A stretch of 64,000 nucleotides of DNA from Azolla caroliniana (GCA_043228905.1 JBHGNT010000010.1:8866001-8930000), one strand, 5' to 3'; positions 38,499 to 52,573 are shown, counted from the stretch's first letter. Notes: generated by a model from the letters alone, not told the origin. A program made the numbers and translations.

Positions 38499-38797
38499 AG
38501 GAAAGTATAGGGTGCAAAAGAAGCACTTGCTAAAAAGGCGTGAAAGTTGAAGTTCTACAAACTTTAAATTATGGGAAAGTAGAAACGCTCCCCATTTCTT
38601 TGTCCCTTTTCCCACGTACTATACACATCCTTTCTCTCTTAATTTTTCACACACACTTTCACATCATTCCTTAACCTCTTTTTTAGCCACTTTCCCACAT
38701 TCGGGCCCACCACATCACTACACCAAAAGAATGGACAAAGAGAGAGAAAAGTGATAACATTTATCACAAGAGTTTCTTTTCTGGAGGTTTATAATAT

Positions 38798-38832
38798 TGT
38801 GGTCTGCATGTAGTTCTTATGTGCATTTCACA
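38798..38832. mobile_element. 35-bp collapsed solo LTR of the 32486-33813 family
   Basis: TGTGGTCTGCATGT + TCTTATGTGCATTTCACA, i.e. both ends of the LTR at 32486-32692, flanked by ATAT on each side. Confidence 0.75.
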
Positions 38833-38989
38833 ATATACATCAACATCAATATGATGTATGAAAAATACATATATTTCGCTTTGATAAACAAATATCCCAT
38901 GAAGTGCTTGTTTGCTTTTCTTTTAGATAATGTATGTTTAAGATAACCGTGTTATATATTCCATAACCTCATGGAATGGTGTTCAAACT

Positions 38990-39378
38990 TGTTTTGTTCA
39001 TCATTTACTAGTTATAGAGGCAACGACATTGTCAGTAACTATACAACTATAATTATCAACTACAACTCCACTCTAATCTCTCTCCATAATTATTGCCCTA
39101 GGTGTATATATATTGATACAACATTCAGGGCTATTTACAAATATGGCTCACTAAGGGTATATTTAGGCTATTTACAAATATACTCTCCCGATTCGGCTTT
39201 GACGGATTTGGCTAATAATCAAATCGATTTTCGATCCATTGTTGATTTGTTGATTTTTCGGCCTCAATTTTCGATCTATTGCTGATTTGTCGATTTTTCA
39301 GCCAAGGCCGAGACCGAGTTTACCTATCGACTCCACTCCATTTGCCTCGTCCTATCTAGAGGGACATGTTTTCCCAAC
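38990..39378 (-). mobile_element. LTR fragment related to the LTR at 41702-42287
   Basis: Its reverse complement shares tttgtaaatagcc, tagggcaa and gttgcct blocks with ~41890-42085; ends in caaca. Confidence 0.5.
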
Positions 39379-39598
39379 AATCTATTGGGACATTACATCG
39401 AAACTCGAGGATCTCCTCTTGAAGCCCCACCAATTCTCTTATCCCTACATCGATTTATCTTTGTTTCTTTTAAACCACTTTGTGTAATGAAGTCGAGTTA
39501 ATCTCCTTGTATATAATTTTACATATCAATAGGATGTATTTAGCTTTTTAGTACTCATTTGTAGTTACTTTCAATTATCTATTATCTAGTATTAATCG

Positions 39599-41701
39599 TG
39601 TTATGAAGAAAAGGCCCCTCTTGGTGGGAGGAGAGCCTATCCAGCTAAGAGCCGGATGTATGTTGGCCAGTCTAGCAATTAGCCGGACAAGTATGAGAGC
39701 GGGCTAAAGCTAGGAGCTGTTTCGTCCGATGCTGCCAAAGGTGATCCGACTGAAGCCGATTCAAGCCTATACTTGTAAATAAGTGTGTGTGTGTGTGTGT
39801 GTTTGTTTGTGTATATATATAACTAGGGCAACCGAGAGGAAAACGAGAAATAAGAGAGTGTAGAGACGAAGCCGTTGCAAGTGTTCTCTCCGTTGTATAT
39901 CCGTCCATTGAGACGAAGATAAACTCAAGGTTGTGACCTTTTTGAGTTCTTGTAAAACATCATATAGTGATTCTGTTTCGGAGTTTGTGGGCTCTCGTGG
40001 TTTTCTCCTATTCAGGGTTTCCGCGTTAAATCTCTATATCTCTATCCTTGTTTTTTGTTATTCTTGTTGTTTTCATTTCCGCTTGCTAGTTGGTTGTGGC
40101 CGACTCCATATTTACATCAAACTGGTATGAAAGCGACAGTTCATAACCTCTCAAGTTGTGGAATATGGACGAATCCTTTAGTGGGATGTTCATGCTGACC
40201 CACCTGAACTATTCAGTTTAGAAGTTGAAGGTGAGAGACATGTTAGTCAGCAAGAATCTGTGGTTGCTTGTACAATATGGCAAGGATAAACCACACAAGG
40301 TAGATGCATTGACTTTGGAAGTCATGAATCTAAAAGTAGTTGCATATATTTGGTGTTTTATAGACATGAGTCTATTTTACAACTTCAAGGATGAGACATA
40401 GGTAGATGTCTTGTGGAAGAAGTAGATAAGGACTATGTTTAAGACAAAGAATGACCTAAATAGAGTCCCCGTCTTTAGGAAGATGGTGAGACTGAGATAT
40501 CTGGATGGCTCTAGGATGGTTGAGCACCTGAATGCGTTTCAAGGTCTCATTAATCAAATAACCTCTCTAGAAGTGCGTCTAGCTGATAAGGTATTAGCCT
40601 TGGTGTTGTTAAGCTCTCTTCTAGATAGCTGGGAGACACTTGTGTGAGTAAGTCAACACCACAAGAAGGGAAACAACTAACCTTAGAAATGCTGAAGTCG
40701 AGTATGCTTAATGAAGAAGCTCAACGAAAGGACAAAGAGTCCAACTCTAACTATTCACAGAAGGGGAATCTAGGAGAGGTAGAGGCAAGTAGAGAGGTTC
40801 TCAAAACAGGGACAAGTCTAGATCCAGTTTGAAGACTAGAAAGCTAGAAAAGGATTTTCGAAAAGCAAGAACACATCAGCCATCGCTACAAGTGAAGAGG
40901 AGTTGTTGTTCGCTAGTGAACAGAGCTGTGTAAACCTCACCATCGATGAGTCCACTTGGGTGGTCCATTCAGGTGCATCGTTCCACTCGACTCCCAAGAG
41001 AGAGTGCTTCTCATCCTACACAACTGAAGATTACATATATGTAAAGATGGGAAATGATGGTACACGCAAGATTGTGGGTATTGGTAATGTGTTGCTGACT
41101 TGTACGGGTTGCAGAATGTTGCTTAAAGATGTATGTGATGTTTCGGATATTAAGTTGAATCTGATATTGGCCGAACGACTAGATGACGAAGGTTATTCTA
41201 GTAGCTTTTAAAACAACATTTGGAAATTTTGCAAAGAGAACCTAATAGTGGTTCATGCCTGAAAGAAAAACATTATATGTAATGCATGCACGACTATGCC
41301 GGAACAAGGTAAATGTGGCAATCGACACAACCGATGAGCTGTGACACCAGAGGCTAGGCCACATGATTCAAAGGGGGACGCAAATGCTAGCTGAAAAGGA
41401 ACTCCTGCCGGAGGTGAAAAACATGCATTTAGAGAAATGTATTGATTGCCTAGCCGACAAGAAAAATAGGGATGCCTATTGCCCTAGGCCTCCAATGAGG
41501 AAGAAAGTGCCTCTGGAATTGGTGCATACTGATGTATGCTATGTGGATGCAAAATCTCATGTCGATGCTCAATACTTTGTAACGTTCATTGATGATTACA
41601 ACTGAAAGTTGTGGGCTTCTGTGCTGAAGACAAAAGACCAAGTGTTGTCCATCTTCAAAGAGTTCCATTCAAGAGTCGAAAGGGATTCTGGACGAAAGTT
41701 G
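39599..41701 (+). mobile_element. Degraded copia 5' half (LTR 39599-40119, PBS, gag-PR-integrase), related to the 16808 element
   Basis: tggtatgaaagc PBS; MDESFSGM..., MFKTKNDLNRVPVFRK, WVVHSGASFH, LELVHTD...TFIDD. Confidence 0.85.
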
Positions 41702-42419
41702 TGTTGTGAAACAGGTCCCTCCGGATGGGAAGTACAGCACGACCCGAACTGGAGTCCGGAGAACTAACTATCGACAGGAGGAGGCAACACCGGGTGGGAA
41801 GTGGAGCGCGAGCCAGATCAGTTGGATCTGAGGAAGAAGAAAGGCCAAATTTGGATTGGATCTAGAGAGGCATCCGGAAGAAGGCCAGATTTGTAAATAG
41901 CCTTAAAGTTGTATTAGTATAAATACAACTAGGGCAAACTAGTATGGGTAGATTTTGATACATACTTGATGTTGGTTGTCGCCTAAGTTTGTAACTAAGA
42001 GTAAGTAGGAGAGAGAGTGAGATTGAGAATTGTAACTCTATTGTAACCATCGTTTGATGAAGAGGAGTTCAAGGTTGTTGCCTTAGTCTATCTCCTATGT
42101 ATATTCCTCCTATCATAGTGATATAGTTCGGAGTTTGTGAACTCCCTTGGTTTTTCCCATTCAGGATTTTCCACGTTGTATACCAGTGTCTTTGTACTTC
42201 TGTATTTTTTGTTTTGTCTGTTGTCTTGATATTTGCATTCCCTATTTGGACAAGGTAACCAATTGTGGCCAATCGCATATCCCATCAAACTGGTATCAGA
42301 GCAATGGATGAATATTTTGGCGGAATGTTCAATTTAATTGGTTCCAACTACTCAGGGTGGAAGTTGAAGATGCGGGATATGCTGGTGTGCAAAGACTTAT
42401 GGTTGCCGGTGCAATATGG
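41702..42419 (+). mobile_element. Nested copia 5' LTR (41702-42287), PBS and gag start
   Basis: TG..CA, then tggtatcagagc at 42291, then MDEYFGGMFNLIGSNYSGWKLKMRDMLVCKDLW. Confidence 0.85.
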
Positions 42420-42648
42420 TGTTGTCGGTTTAGGGTTAGGGTTAATGATAATGGTGATATAGATAGGAATAGGGTTAGCAATGATGATGATAATGAAGAT
42501 GAAAATGGTAATGGTAGAATAGAGTTATGATTGGGATATAATAAGCGTTGCAGGATTAATGGGAATGATTGCTATGTGCATTGAGAATCATTGTGGGGTG
42601 GGGGGTGGTGCCTAGCATGGCTCCACCCCCCTTTGAAGGGGGTTCAAC

Positions 42649-42701
<53 letters not shown>

Positions 42702-42918
42702 TTTCTTTATTTATTCATTCCTCATAAGGGGGTTAAATAGTTACAAGAGGGGTAGATACATAGGGGTGCAAGCCCCCTTGGCCATTCACACTAATCACTC
42801 AATCACACCTCTTCTTATCTGTCCACTCACACTCATAATCGTATACATTACACATACATACAACAACATTAAGTTTCTTCACCCTCACTCAACTATCCAT
42901 ACATCTCGTACGGTAACA
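42420..42918 (-). mobile_element. LTR, inverted homolog of 46337-46850
   Basis: tgttgt..tttagggttaggg...(AG)n...catctcgtacggtaaca matches the reverse complement of 46337-46850. Confidence 0.75.
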
Positions 42919-42964
42919 CATTATGGCACGTCCGTAAGACAATGCCTTGCACGTCAAACCCACG

Positions 42965-44965
42965 TGTCTCGATCATCATTTCTATTCGACTAGAAATTAC
43001 ATCAACCTTCTCTGCGATTGACTCCCTTGATCGGAACACTAGACCCAAAAATCTCCGTCGGTCATCAATTCTTCCCTGACACGAACATTCCCGTTCTGTC
43101 AGTTCACGAACTTTGGTATCATTCTTCGAGTCTTCAAAAACGATCATGTGTATGTGTATTCTTCCTCTCATTGAGTGTGCGTAGTCTCAAGTTTTCAAAA
43201 TTTTGGTGATGCCCTCATTATTTCAAAATTTTAAAATTCTATTATATACCCTCATGTTTTTGAAATCCGATCCGGTGCCCTCAAGTTTATGAAATTTTAT
43301 TTGCTACCCTCATGCTTTTAAAATTCTAACAATGCCCTTAGATTTTTGAAATTTTATAGTATGCCCTCGAGTTTTGAAATTCTAGTAGCTACCCTCAAGT
43401 TTTTTAAAATTTCGCCACATGCCCTAGTCTTCTCTTTTTCCCTCTCTTGTTTTTTTCAATTTCATTTTGTTATAATTTCAGGTTTGCTTTTAGGTCTTTC
43501 CTCCCTTTTTGTGTTTGTCTCCGTCCCTTGTGTTTCCTTCTTCCTCTTTCTGTTTTCCTACTTTCACTTGCTTGCCTTCCTTCTCTCTCTTGTGGTCCTT
43601 GTTTCTTCCTACATGTTGTCCTTCTTGGCTTCTTGTTTTCCTACTTTATCCTCATCCATAAAAACCCATTTATAAGGTGACAAAATATTTCCTGTTATCG
43701 ATGCCCAAATTTGTGACATAATCACCCAAATGGCTTTAGCAACTGAACATGTAATGAGCTTATGTCTCGCATCTTCTTCAACTACCGTACAGGAAAAACA
43801 TGTCCCATTTGAAATCTGTCTTCTTTTTAATGCCATCGCCAAAGGCAACCCACGAACTATGACACACCAAAGAAACACCTTTGCATGAAATGGAAGATGA
43901 GACGGCCACCCTGCAACTAAAACTCTACGTGACCACTCCACATTTCAAGTAATGTGCCATGTATCCAAAACCTTATTTGCTAACCAAGCTCTATCATCAA
44001 ACAACTTATGGTACACATCATTAGTGTGCACCACATGAATCAATTTCCCATTACCAAATGACCAATCTTTCCATGGTTCCTCGACCACCAACTCTAGAAT
44101 TTGGAAAACTAATCTAGGCAATGCCAATATTGATTGACAAATATACCCATATCCGTGTGGTATATTAAACTTTTTTCTGATTGTTCGAAAGGCCATCATT
44201 TTCCTATGTGACTCTAAAATACCATATTCCACAGTTACCAAGCCTAGCCTTGCCATTCGATTGAACTGTGAATTTAGACTTTCTTTTCCATCCTAGTGTA
44301 ATATCCTTGAAGCTGCCAACACCTCTGTTGCCAGGGAATTTATATCTTTTCTGCATTCAGGAGGCCTCCAATTAAACAAATTCAAACACCGCTGCCAAGA
44401 AAGCGCCAATTGTTGAACCATAATAAATTCTGAACACTTAAATTTCCGGTAGCTATTAACCACATGCCACCACGAAGCTGTAATTCAAACACTGCTTGCC
44501 TTCCTTCGCTCTCTTGTGGTCCTTTTTATTGTTTCTTCCTACATGCTATCCTTCTTGTCTTCTTCTCTCCTTGTTTGCTTGCTTCTCCTATTTTTGTCTT
44601 GTCTTGCGATATCTCTTCTTTGATTTCTTCCTTTTCTTCTTCCTTCTTTTTCTTTCTGTGTGCTTTCGTTCTTCTCTTCTTCTTTCTCCTTCTTTCTTCT
44701 TTTCTTCTTCTTCCTATGTTTTCCTTCTTCGTTTCTTCTTATTTTTTGATTCCTTCTCTTTGTCTTTGTTTTTGTCTCCTTCTCCATTGCTCTCATTTGG
44801 TGTGGCTAGGGTTTGGATCAATCCGTTCATCCCTATTCAGTTGTCTGCCGCTTGTCTCTGTTTTCGTCACCGTCGTCGTCTGTCACCTGATGTCTCCGTT
44901 TGTGTTTCATCCAACGTCCTTCCATCATCTTTCCCCTGTCCAGCTGCCGCTTCGGATGCTTGCTT
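42965..44965. repeat. Composite CT-rich repeat, copy 1, containing a LINE fragment at ~43640-44490 (minus)
   Basis: 42965-43630 matches 52574-53240, and 44330-44890 matches 58305-58865. LINE zf-RVT motif CFSCTVVEEDARHKLITC. Confidence 0.75.
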
Positions 44966-46617
44966 TGTTAGAAATATTGAGAATCAATTAGATAGGTATA
45001 TAGAGTTACAACCACAGAGATAGATATATGAAAACAAAACTTCTATTACATATGAGAGTAGCTCACAATGATAGTTCACCCATGCGCTCACTACAAAATT
45101 AGTGGGGATTGATGATCAATGCACCACTGTGTAAGAGAGTGGATTATATTCTTTGTTTAGTCTGAGTGTAACATTAAATGTGCATTTCAGTTGATAGTAG
45201 TGGAGATATTCCTTTTTTGCCAACTGACTTGTCATTTAATATGACCCAACTCCCTAGATATAGGCTAGTGCTAGATAGTACTTATCTTGAAGTCAATGGC
45301 ACATACTTCAAGACTAAGTACATTGTAACTTGTCCACAAAATATTCTAGTTGACTTGATTAGTCAATCCTAAATCTATTATGTCCTATGCATCTACGGTT
45401 TCCTAGATTAACATTTTATCGACCCATATGGTCGAGTTGCACACTAGCTGCTCCTTATTTGCGGCGCTATCACAAAATGTGCACTCTAAGAGCACAGATT
45501 GGGGTAGATTTACAACTTGGGGCTGATCATTGATTATATCTAACATGCCCTCAATGGTCAGCCCATTAAGTTCACTTGGAATTGGGCCAACTCCTAGTCG
45601 TCGAAGGTGTTGTTGTAGCTGTTCTGCTCCAAGCGCCTTTGTGAAGATATCCGCAACATTTTCTAATGTCGGACAATACTCAAGCTCCATAGTCTAATCA
45701 TTTATTAGCTCCCGCACATAGTGATACTGAATCTCTATGTGTTGAGTACATGCATGAAATACGGGGTTCTTGGCAATGTCCATGCAACTCTGATTGTCAC
45801 ACCTCAGTACCGTTGCCGTCCTTATTGGAACCGCCACATTCATAAGGATTCTTCTTAGCCAAACTACCTCGCATGCCGCTATGCATGCTGCTTTGTATTC
45901 TGTCTCCGTTGAAGATAGTGCCACTATTGGTTGTTTTTTACTAATCCATGAAACAACTCCAGAGTGTATTGAAAAACAATATCCAAAAACTAATTTTTTG
46001 GAATCACTATCTCTAGCCCAATCGGAGTTGCAATATCCACTGAGTTCGTCAATTGTTAACTTGTAAAAGTTTCTATAATTTAAAGTACCCACAATATACT
46101 TTAATGCACGTAGTGTAGCTTTCCAATGAGTCTCCTTCGGCTTGTTGCTGAATCGACTCACCACACTGACTGCAAAATAAATATCCGGCCTACTGTTCCA
46201 TAGGAAAATTAGACTTCCTACTTGCTGTGTATACTTCCTTATATCAACCATTGGTGACGGGTCTTCTTGGGATAGCTTGCAGTTTGACTCCATTGGAGTC
46301 GACTTCGACTTGCTGTCCATCATCCCAAAGGTCTTCTGTTACCCCGTATGAGATGTACGGAGAGTCAAGTGTGATGATCGAGGGTCGAATGTTATCATGA
46401 TGTTGTTGTGTATGTGTAGGAGGCATAAATATAATTGTGAGTCGATACATATGTGAACACATGCACACGTGTGTGCATGTGGATGGATACGAGGAGGTGT
46501 GAGTGAGTGTCCAGTATGAATGCTCGAGGGGGCCTACACCCCTATGTATCTACCCCCTCTTGTACTATTTAACCCCTTATGGGGAATGAATGAAACATGA
46601 ATGAACATTTTCTCTCT

Positions 46618-46666
<49 letters not shown>

Positions 46667-49600
46667 ACTCAATGTTGAATCCCCTTGGGAGGGGGGTGGA
46701 GCCATTCTAGGCACCACCCCCCACCCCTCAATGGTTTTCTTGTTCTTCACGTCCTCTCTCATCATCACACATTCATTATCAATCTACCATCATTGCTAAC
46801 CCTATTCCTATCTTTATCATTATCATACCCTAACCCTAAAACGTACAACACCTTTTGGCGACCACTAAGGCAACCCCCCTTTGGAGACGGAGTCGAAGAA
46901 TGATACGCGGCGAAGAATGATGCAACCCTCATCAACGCGAAATCAAATCGACAATGTGTGAGAACTAGTGGAAATGTAAGAAAGAACGATGGCGCGATGA
47001 CTATTGACTGCAGAATTATGCAAGAAAAGCGGCAATGATGTGCGGCAATGCAAGCCATAGTGACTAAGTGCAAGAAATGGCGGAAACATGCAAATGACGG
47101 TGACAATGTTCAGCAAAAGTATGTGCGAGTGAAGCGGGAAATGACATGTTCTCTACTGCACGATTTTGCTACTATCAACGGTATTTTGAGTGTGTTTTGT
47201 TGGTTAGGTTGGGTCTATTTGGCTTGAATCTAATCGCAAAAGAAAAGATAAGGATAAGAGCATGATGGCACTGTCTGGAAGAAGTGGACGAAGACGAAGA
47301 GACATACAAACACAACAGAAAAGACAGGCGCCATACAGGATAATGATGAACGAAAATCAAGACGGCCAGACAAACGAACCGATATTTAATATGGCATTGG
47401 AGACGATTGGAGATGATGATGGAGCCGGCAGATAGGCCGGACAGTGGCTAGAGCGGCAACTAACGGATAACCGATGAAGCCAGATACTAGAACCACCGAA
47501 AGGAGAGGTTGAACACTGACGATGACTGCTAGAGACTAGCCTGAGCAGTGGCCGAACAACAACGAGCTGCAACCGAACAAGGCCATGCGACGAAGACAAA
47601 GGACAGAGAAATACACGAAATAGCCAAATAGAGATTAGGGTTTAGGGGGCCGGCAAAGGAGTCCAGAGTGTGAAACGAAGGAGTTATTTAATTATTAAGG
47701 AATGGTTGTAAGTGAGCTATTAGTGTGGACGGACGAACCGGAATCGGTATGCCGTTCCGGATCCGGACCGATCCCGAACAGGTGCGGATGGCACCGTTTT
47801 GTACTACAAACCGGAAACCTATTTAAAGGCCCGGATACAATGAAATGAGAAGCGGATAATTAATGAAGCTTAGTGTTTTTATCTCTGTGTGTTAATTGTC
47901 GTTTTACATTCATTGTTATATCTTACGCGTGTGATTATTAAGGACGATCTTGCTAAGTAACCTAATTAAGTCGGATTAATTGTTGAGCCTAATCCTCTTT
48001 CCGTAACACGCCTTTGGTGAAGTGTCTTCCGTAGACACCCTGTGTTAGGCCATTGTCCAGCCCTAAGAGTTAACATCTTCAAGATCTCTATTGCGTACTT
48101 TCTTTGTGACATGAAGATGCTAATCAAGGTTTGCCAAACCTCAATTCCAAGGACGTAGTGTAGAATCCCTAAGTCTATCATTTCAAACTTAGTTTTCAAA
48201 CACTCTTGTGTTTGGCCAATACAGTCTTCATGGTCACCAGTAAGTACTAGATCATCCACGTAAATGATGATGATGGCTTGTTTCCCGTCCTTCATTTTGA
48301 CATACATACTTGCATCCGAAGCACATTGCTTAAAGTCGATTGATTGTAAGAAGCTGTCTATCCTCTTGTTCCAAGGTCTCGATGCTTGCTTTAGACCATA
48401 CAACGCCTTCTTCAGCTTGCGGACTTTGTTTTCTAAATTCGACATCTCAAACTCTAGTGGTTGTGTCATGTATACCTCCTCCTTGAGGTGCCCATTTAGA
48501 AATGCCAATTTGACATCCATTTGATAAATCGGCCATCCTCTTGAAGCAGCCAACGCTATGACCATTCGAATTGTTGTCATGTGAGTTGTCGGGGCAAATA
48601 TTTCTTTTACATCGAACCCTTCAATTTGGGAGTATCCTTGCGCTACTAGCCTGGCCTTAAATTTCTCCAAAGAACCATCAGCTTTATACTTTACTTTCCA
48701 CACCCACTTGGTGCCTATCACCTTCCTCTTTGTTGGCCTCTCTTCAAACTCCCACATGTCATTTTTCATGATGCTATCGTATTCGGATATCATCGCCTCT
48801 TTCCACTTCGGGTCGGCCATGGCTTCCTCCACCAAGGTTAGCTCACTCACTGAGCGTATGATGTCCACCATCAGAGCCATGTTGACAATGTGGTCAGAGG
48901 TTCTCCCTTGCTCCTGTATTCTTTTTTATCTTCATAATCCATCAGTTGAAGTTTCAGGAAACTCAACTTTAGGAGTACGGTCATTGAAGAATTGTTGAGC
49001 CCACTTAGGTATTTTCTTTACATATGGCACTGGCATAGGCTGAACTAGGGAGCCATTACCATCAGATGGTTCAGTTTCCTTTTCTAGACAGTGGGTCGGG
49101 ATTGGGTGGAATACTTCTTCGGTTGATGAGATAACTTGTGAATCGCTATTCTCAGCTAGTTGTGGTCGTTCCTCATCGAACACCACATCGCGGCTTGTCA
49201 ATATCTTTCTTGCCTCTGGATCGTAGAGTCGATAGGCCTTTGACTCTTCACTATATCCGAGAAAGATACGCTTCTTGCTTTTAGCATTCAACTTCTTTCT
49301 GCTCACATCTGGAACATGTGCGTAGCACGTACACCCAAAGGTTCCGAAGTGCAACACTGAAAGTTTCTTTCTTGAATAAATTTCTTCGAGTGTTTTCCCT
49401 TGAAGTGCCTTCGTGTAGCTTTGATTGAGGATGTAAACTGTTGTATTCACTGCTTCAGCCCAGAATGGGTCGGGCAGTGCTTGTGCCTTCAACATACACC
49501 TAGCCATCTCGACAACTATTCGGTTTCGACGTTCGACAATGCCATTTTGCTGTGGGGTGTTGGCTGTTGTAAGTTGGTGCTTAATTCCATGCTCTTTGCA

Positions 49601-52067
49601 ATACTCAGAATTCTATTGATAAGAATTCTCCACCTTGATCAGAGTGTAACTCTTTCACTTACTTTCCGTACTCCCGCTCGACAAACTTATGCCATCTTTT
49701 GAAGATTTTAAAAGCTTCAGCCTTCTCCCAAAGGAAGTAAACCCACATCTTTCTACTCAAGTCATCGACTACTAGCATATAGTAGAGAGATTCACCCATT
49801 GCAGGAGTCACCATTTTTCAAGAGATGTCGATGTGTATTAGCTGTAGAGGAGCCTTTGTCCGATCTTGACTCTCTTTTGGAATGGATGATCTTTGATGCT
49901 TGCCCATTATACAAGCATCACAAACATCACTTAAGTCAGATAGGGTTGGCAACCCAACTACCATATTCGACTTCTTCATCTCCTTCAACACAGCAACATT
50001 GAGATGCCCAAATCTCTCATGCCATTGCTTTGTGTTAGTACTTGTGTTGTGGTCAGTAGAAATTGTAAACGTGCTCAACTCATAGAGATTGTTGCGCCTT
50101 AGCCCTATTCCTACATCCTTGGCAGCAGAATCTATTATTTTTGCACCCAACTTCTTGAATCGAACATCAAGGCCCTTTTCGGTCAGTGCAAAAATGGACA
50201 ATAGATTCTACTTGAGATCTGGCACGCACACCACTTGAGAGAGGTGCTTTGTCCCGCCGGTCGTTGCTTTGAGGGAGACGGTTCCGGTTCCTTTGGCTGG
50301 ACATCGAGCATTGTTCCCGACCACAACATTGATGGGCTCTTGTAGAGGTGTCCAAGAGTTGTACCAGTCACGATTACTGGTCATATGTCGGGATGCTCCA
50401 CTATCGAGAATCCAAGAGTCGTCGACAACTTGAGTGTCAATTGAAGAACACACTTTTTCAGTTGCGACCCATAACTCAAGCTCATCTACGAATTTGTTGG
50501 CGGACTCAGGTTCTCTCCAAGAAGTCTTATTAGAACCATTCTTCTCATCCGCCATCTTCTTCCGAAAATCCTTGATTGTGTGACCCTTCTTGTCACAATA
50601 GAAACACGATCCATTGAACTTCTTCTTTGGTATCCTATTCACATTCTTTGAATTGGATGCCCGTTTACCCTTAGTCTTAGAGACAAATGCCGAATGTTCT
50701 CTTCCTTCTCTTGTGTTCAGCTGAAGCTCCTCTTCAAGCAACATTGCACTTAGTTCATCAAATTTTAAAGGAGTGGGTCTAACCTGAGTGTTCAATGCTG
50801 TCACAATGCCATCATACTTGGAAGGAAGTACTCGAATGCATCGACGAGCCATATCCTTTGGAGAGACAACTACTCCAAGAGCTGCCAACTGATCTCGAAG
50901 ATCCTTAATCCTTTTTACAAAGGATTCTACTTTCTCTCCATCAAGGAGCTTCTCTGTAGCAAGCTGATTTTCAAGGTTTTGTGTCCTTGTATAGTTTCTG
51001 GTCTCATACTAGTTGGCCAATATGCTCCAAGGTTCATGTGCCCTAGTTGTATGTTGCACTAATATTAGTACAGAGTCACATACACCAGTGACTATGGTGC
51101 AAAACACATCAACATTCGTTCTCTTCCAAGCTCAAAGTAGATTAGCATTTGGAGGGATTGATGTGGTAGGGTGTGTAGGGTCAAAGGTCACCATTGGCTC
51201 AGGGTCTCCTCCTGTGGGTCCCATGATTGTCTCCAACAACTCGTAGGAGTCCAAAATGGCAGACATTTTGAACTTCCATAGAGTGTAGTTGGTTCCATCT
51301 AGCTTTCCATCAGACAATGGAGGTGGACGAATGCGCAGTGGAGCAGTTGCAACATTCGTGGACAAGGCCATTGATACTCTCTCTCTCTCTCTCTCTCTAT
51401 TTCTCTGTGCTACTAGACATCAACTACCTGTATATACCTAATCTAGATCAACCTCTCAGCTCTGATACCATGTTAGAAATATTGAGAATCGATTAGATGG
51501 GTATATAGAGTTACAACCACAGAGATAGATATATGAAAACAAAACTTCTATTACATATGAGAGTAGCTCACAATGGTAGTTCACGCATGCGCTCACTACA
51601 AAATTACTGGGGCTTGATGATTAATGCACCACTGTGTAAGAGAGTGGATTATATTCTATGTTTGGTCTGAGTGTAACATTAAATGTGCATTTCAGTTGAT
51701 AGTAGTGGAGATATTCTTTTTCTGTCAACTGACTTGTCATTTAATATGACCCAACTCCCTAGATATAGGCTAGTGCTAGATAGTACTTATCTTGAAGTCA
51801 ATGGCACATACTTCAAGACTAAGTACATTGTAAGTTGCCCACAAAATATTCTAGTTGATTAGTCAATCCTATTACCTATTTTTCTCTTTCCTAAATCCAT
51901 TGTGTCCTACGCATCTACGGTTTCCTAGATTAACATCTTATCAACCCATATGGTCGAGTTGCACACTAGCTGCTCCTTATTTGCGGCGCTATCACAAAAT
52001 GTGCACTCTAAGAGCACATATGGGGGTAGATTTACAACTTGGGGCTGATCATTGATTATATCTAACA
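44966..52067 (-). mobile_element. Full-length, degenerate Ty1/copia retrotransposon
   Basis: LTRs 44966-45545 and 51471-52067; PBS 51459-51470; gag CFYCDKKGH, WILDSGAS, integrase, RT IYVDD, RNase H. The flanks TGCTT and TTATT do not match. Confidence 0.92.
46337..48075 (+). mobile_element. 1.74-kb non-coding insertion with two dissimilar LTR-like ends
   Basis: TSD TCTTC at 46332-46336 and 48076-48080, and the host RT reads through (ILK|TFGMMDS). LTR-A 46337-46850 is followed by PBS-like tggcgaccact; LTR-B-like segment 47707-48075. Confidence 0.7.
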
Positions 52068-52573
52068 TTATTCGTCCGGTTGCCTCTCCGACCACCATTG
52101 TTGTCAGTGTCTTTCCAGTCTTGTTTATTCGGCGGCGTCTTCGTTGTCACTATCCTGCGTTGTTGCCATCTAGCCGCCGCCACTTCGTCGTCGTTGTCGT
52201 TCGTTTGTCTCTGCCCATCGCCTGTATCGGCCATCCGTATCACTCCGTCCTCGTCTATGTCTTTGTTCGACCATTCTGTCTGGTCCATTTTGGCCGTTTG
52301 TTCGTTGTTTTCGTTCCTTTGATCCTACTGTTGCTTTTGTCTTTTTTGGCCGCCTCTGCAACGACTTGGTCGTTATTTCTTCTGTTCCGCCGTTTCTGTC
52401 TAACTAGCCATATTCGACCATGTTTGTCCGATCCAACCCTCGTTTTTCATTTCTCCATTGTCTGTTTGTCCGGACCATTCAACCGTGTCTATCCTGTCTG
52501 GCTTTTGCTACCCATTTCTCTGTTCGGCCCATTTTGGCCGTTGTTCGGAGTTGCTCTGTCCGGCTGTCCACAG

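Noticed and set aside
42429-42443. Telomere-like tttagggttaggg (also 46828-46840)
   Set aside because: Only about two units, and part of the LTR terminus in both copies; not an interstitial telomere.
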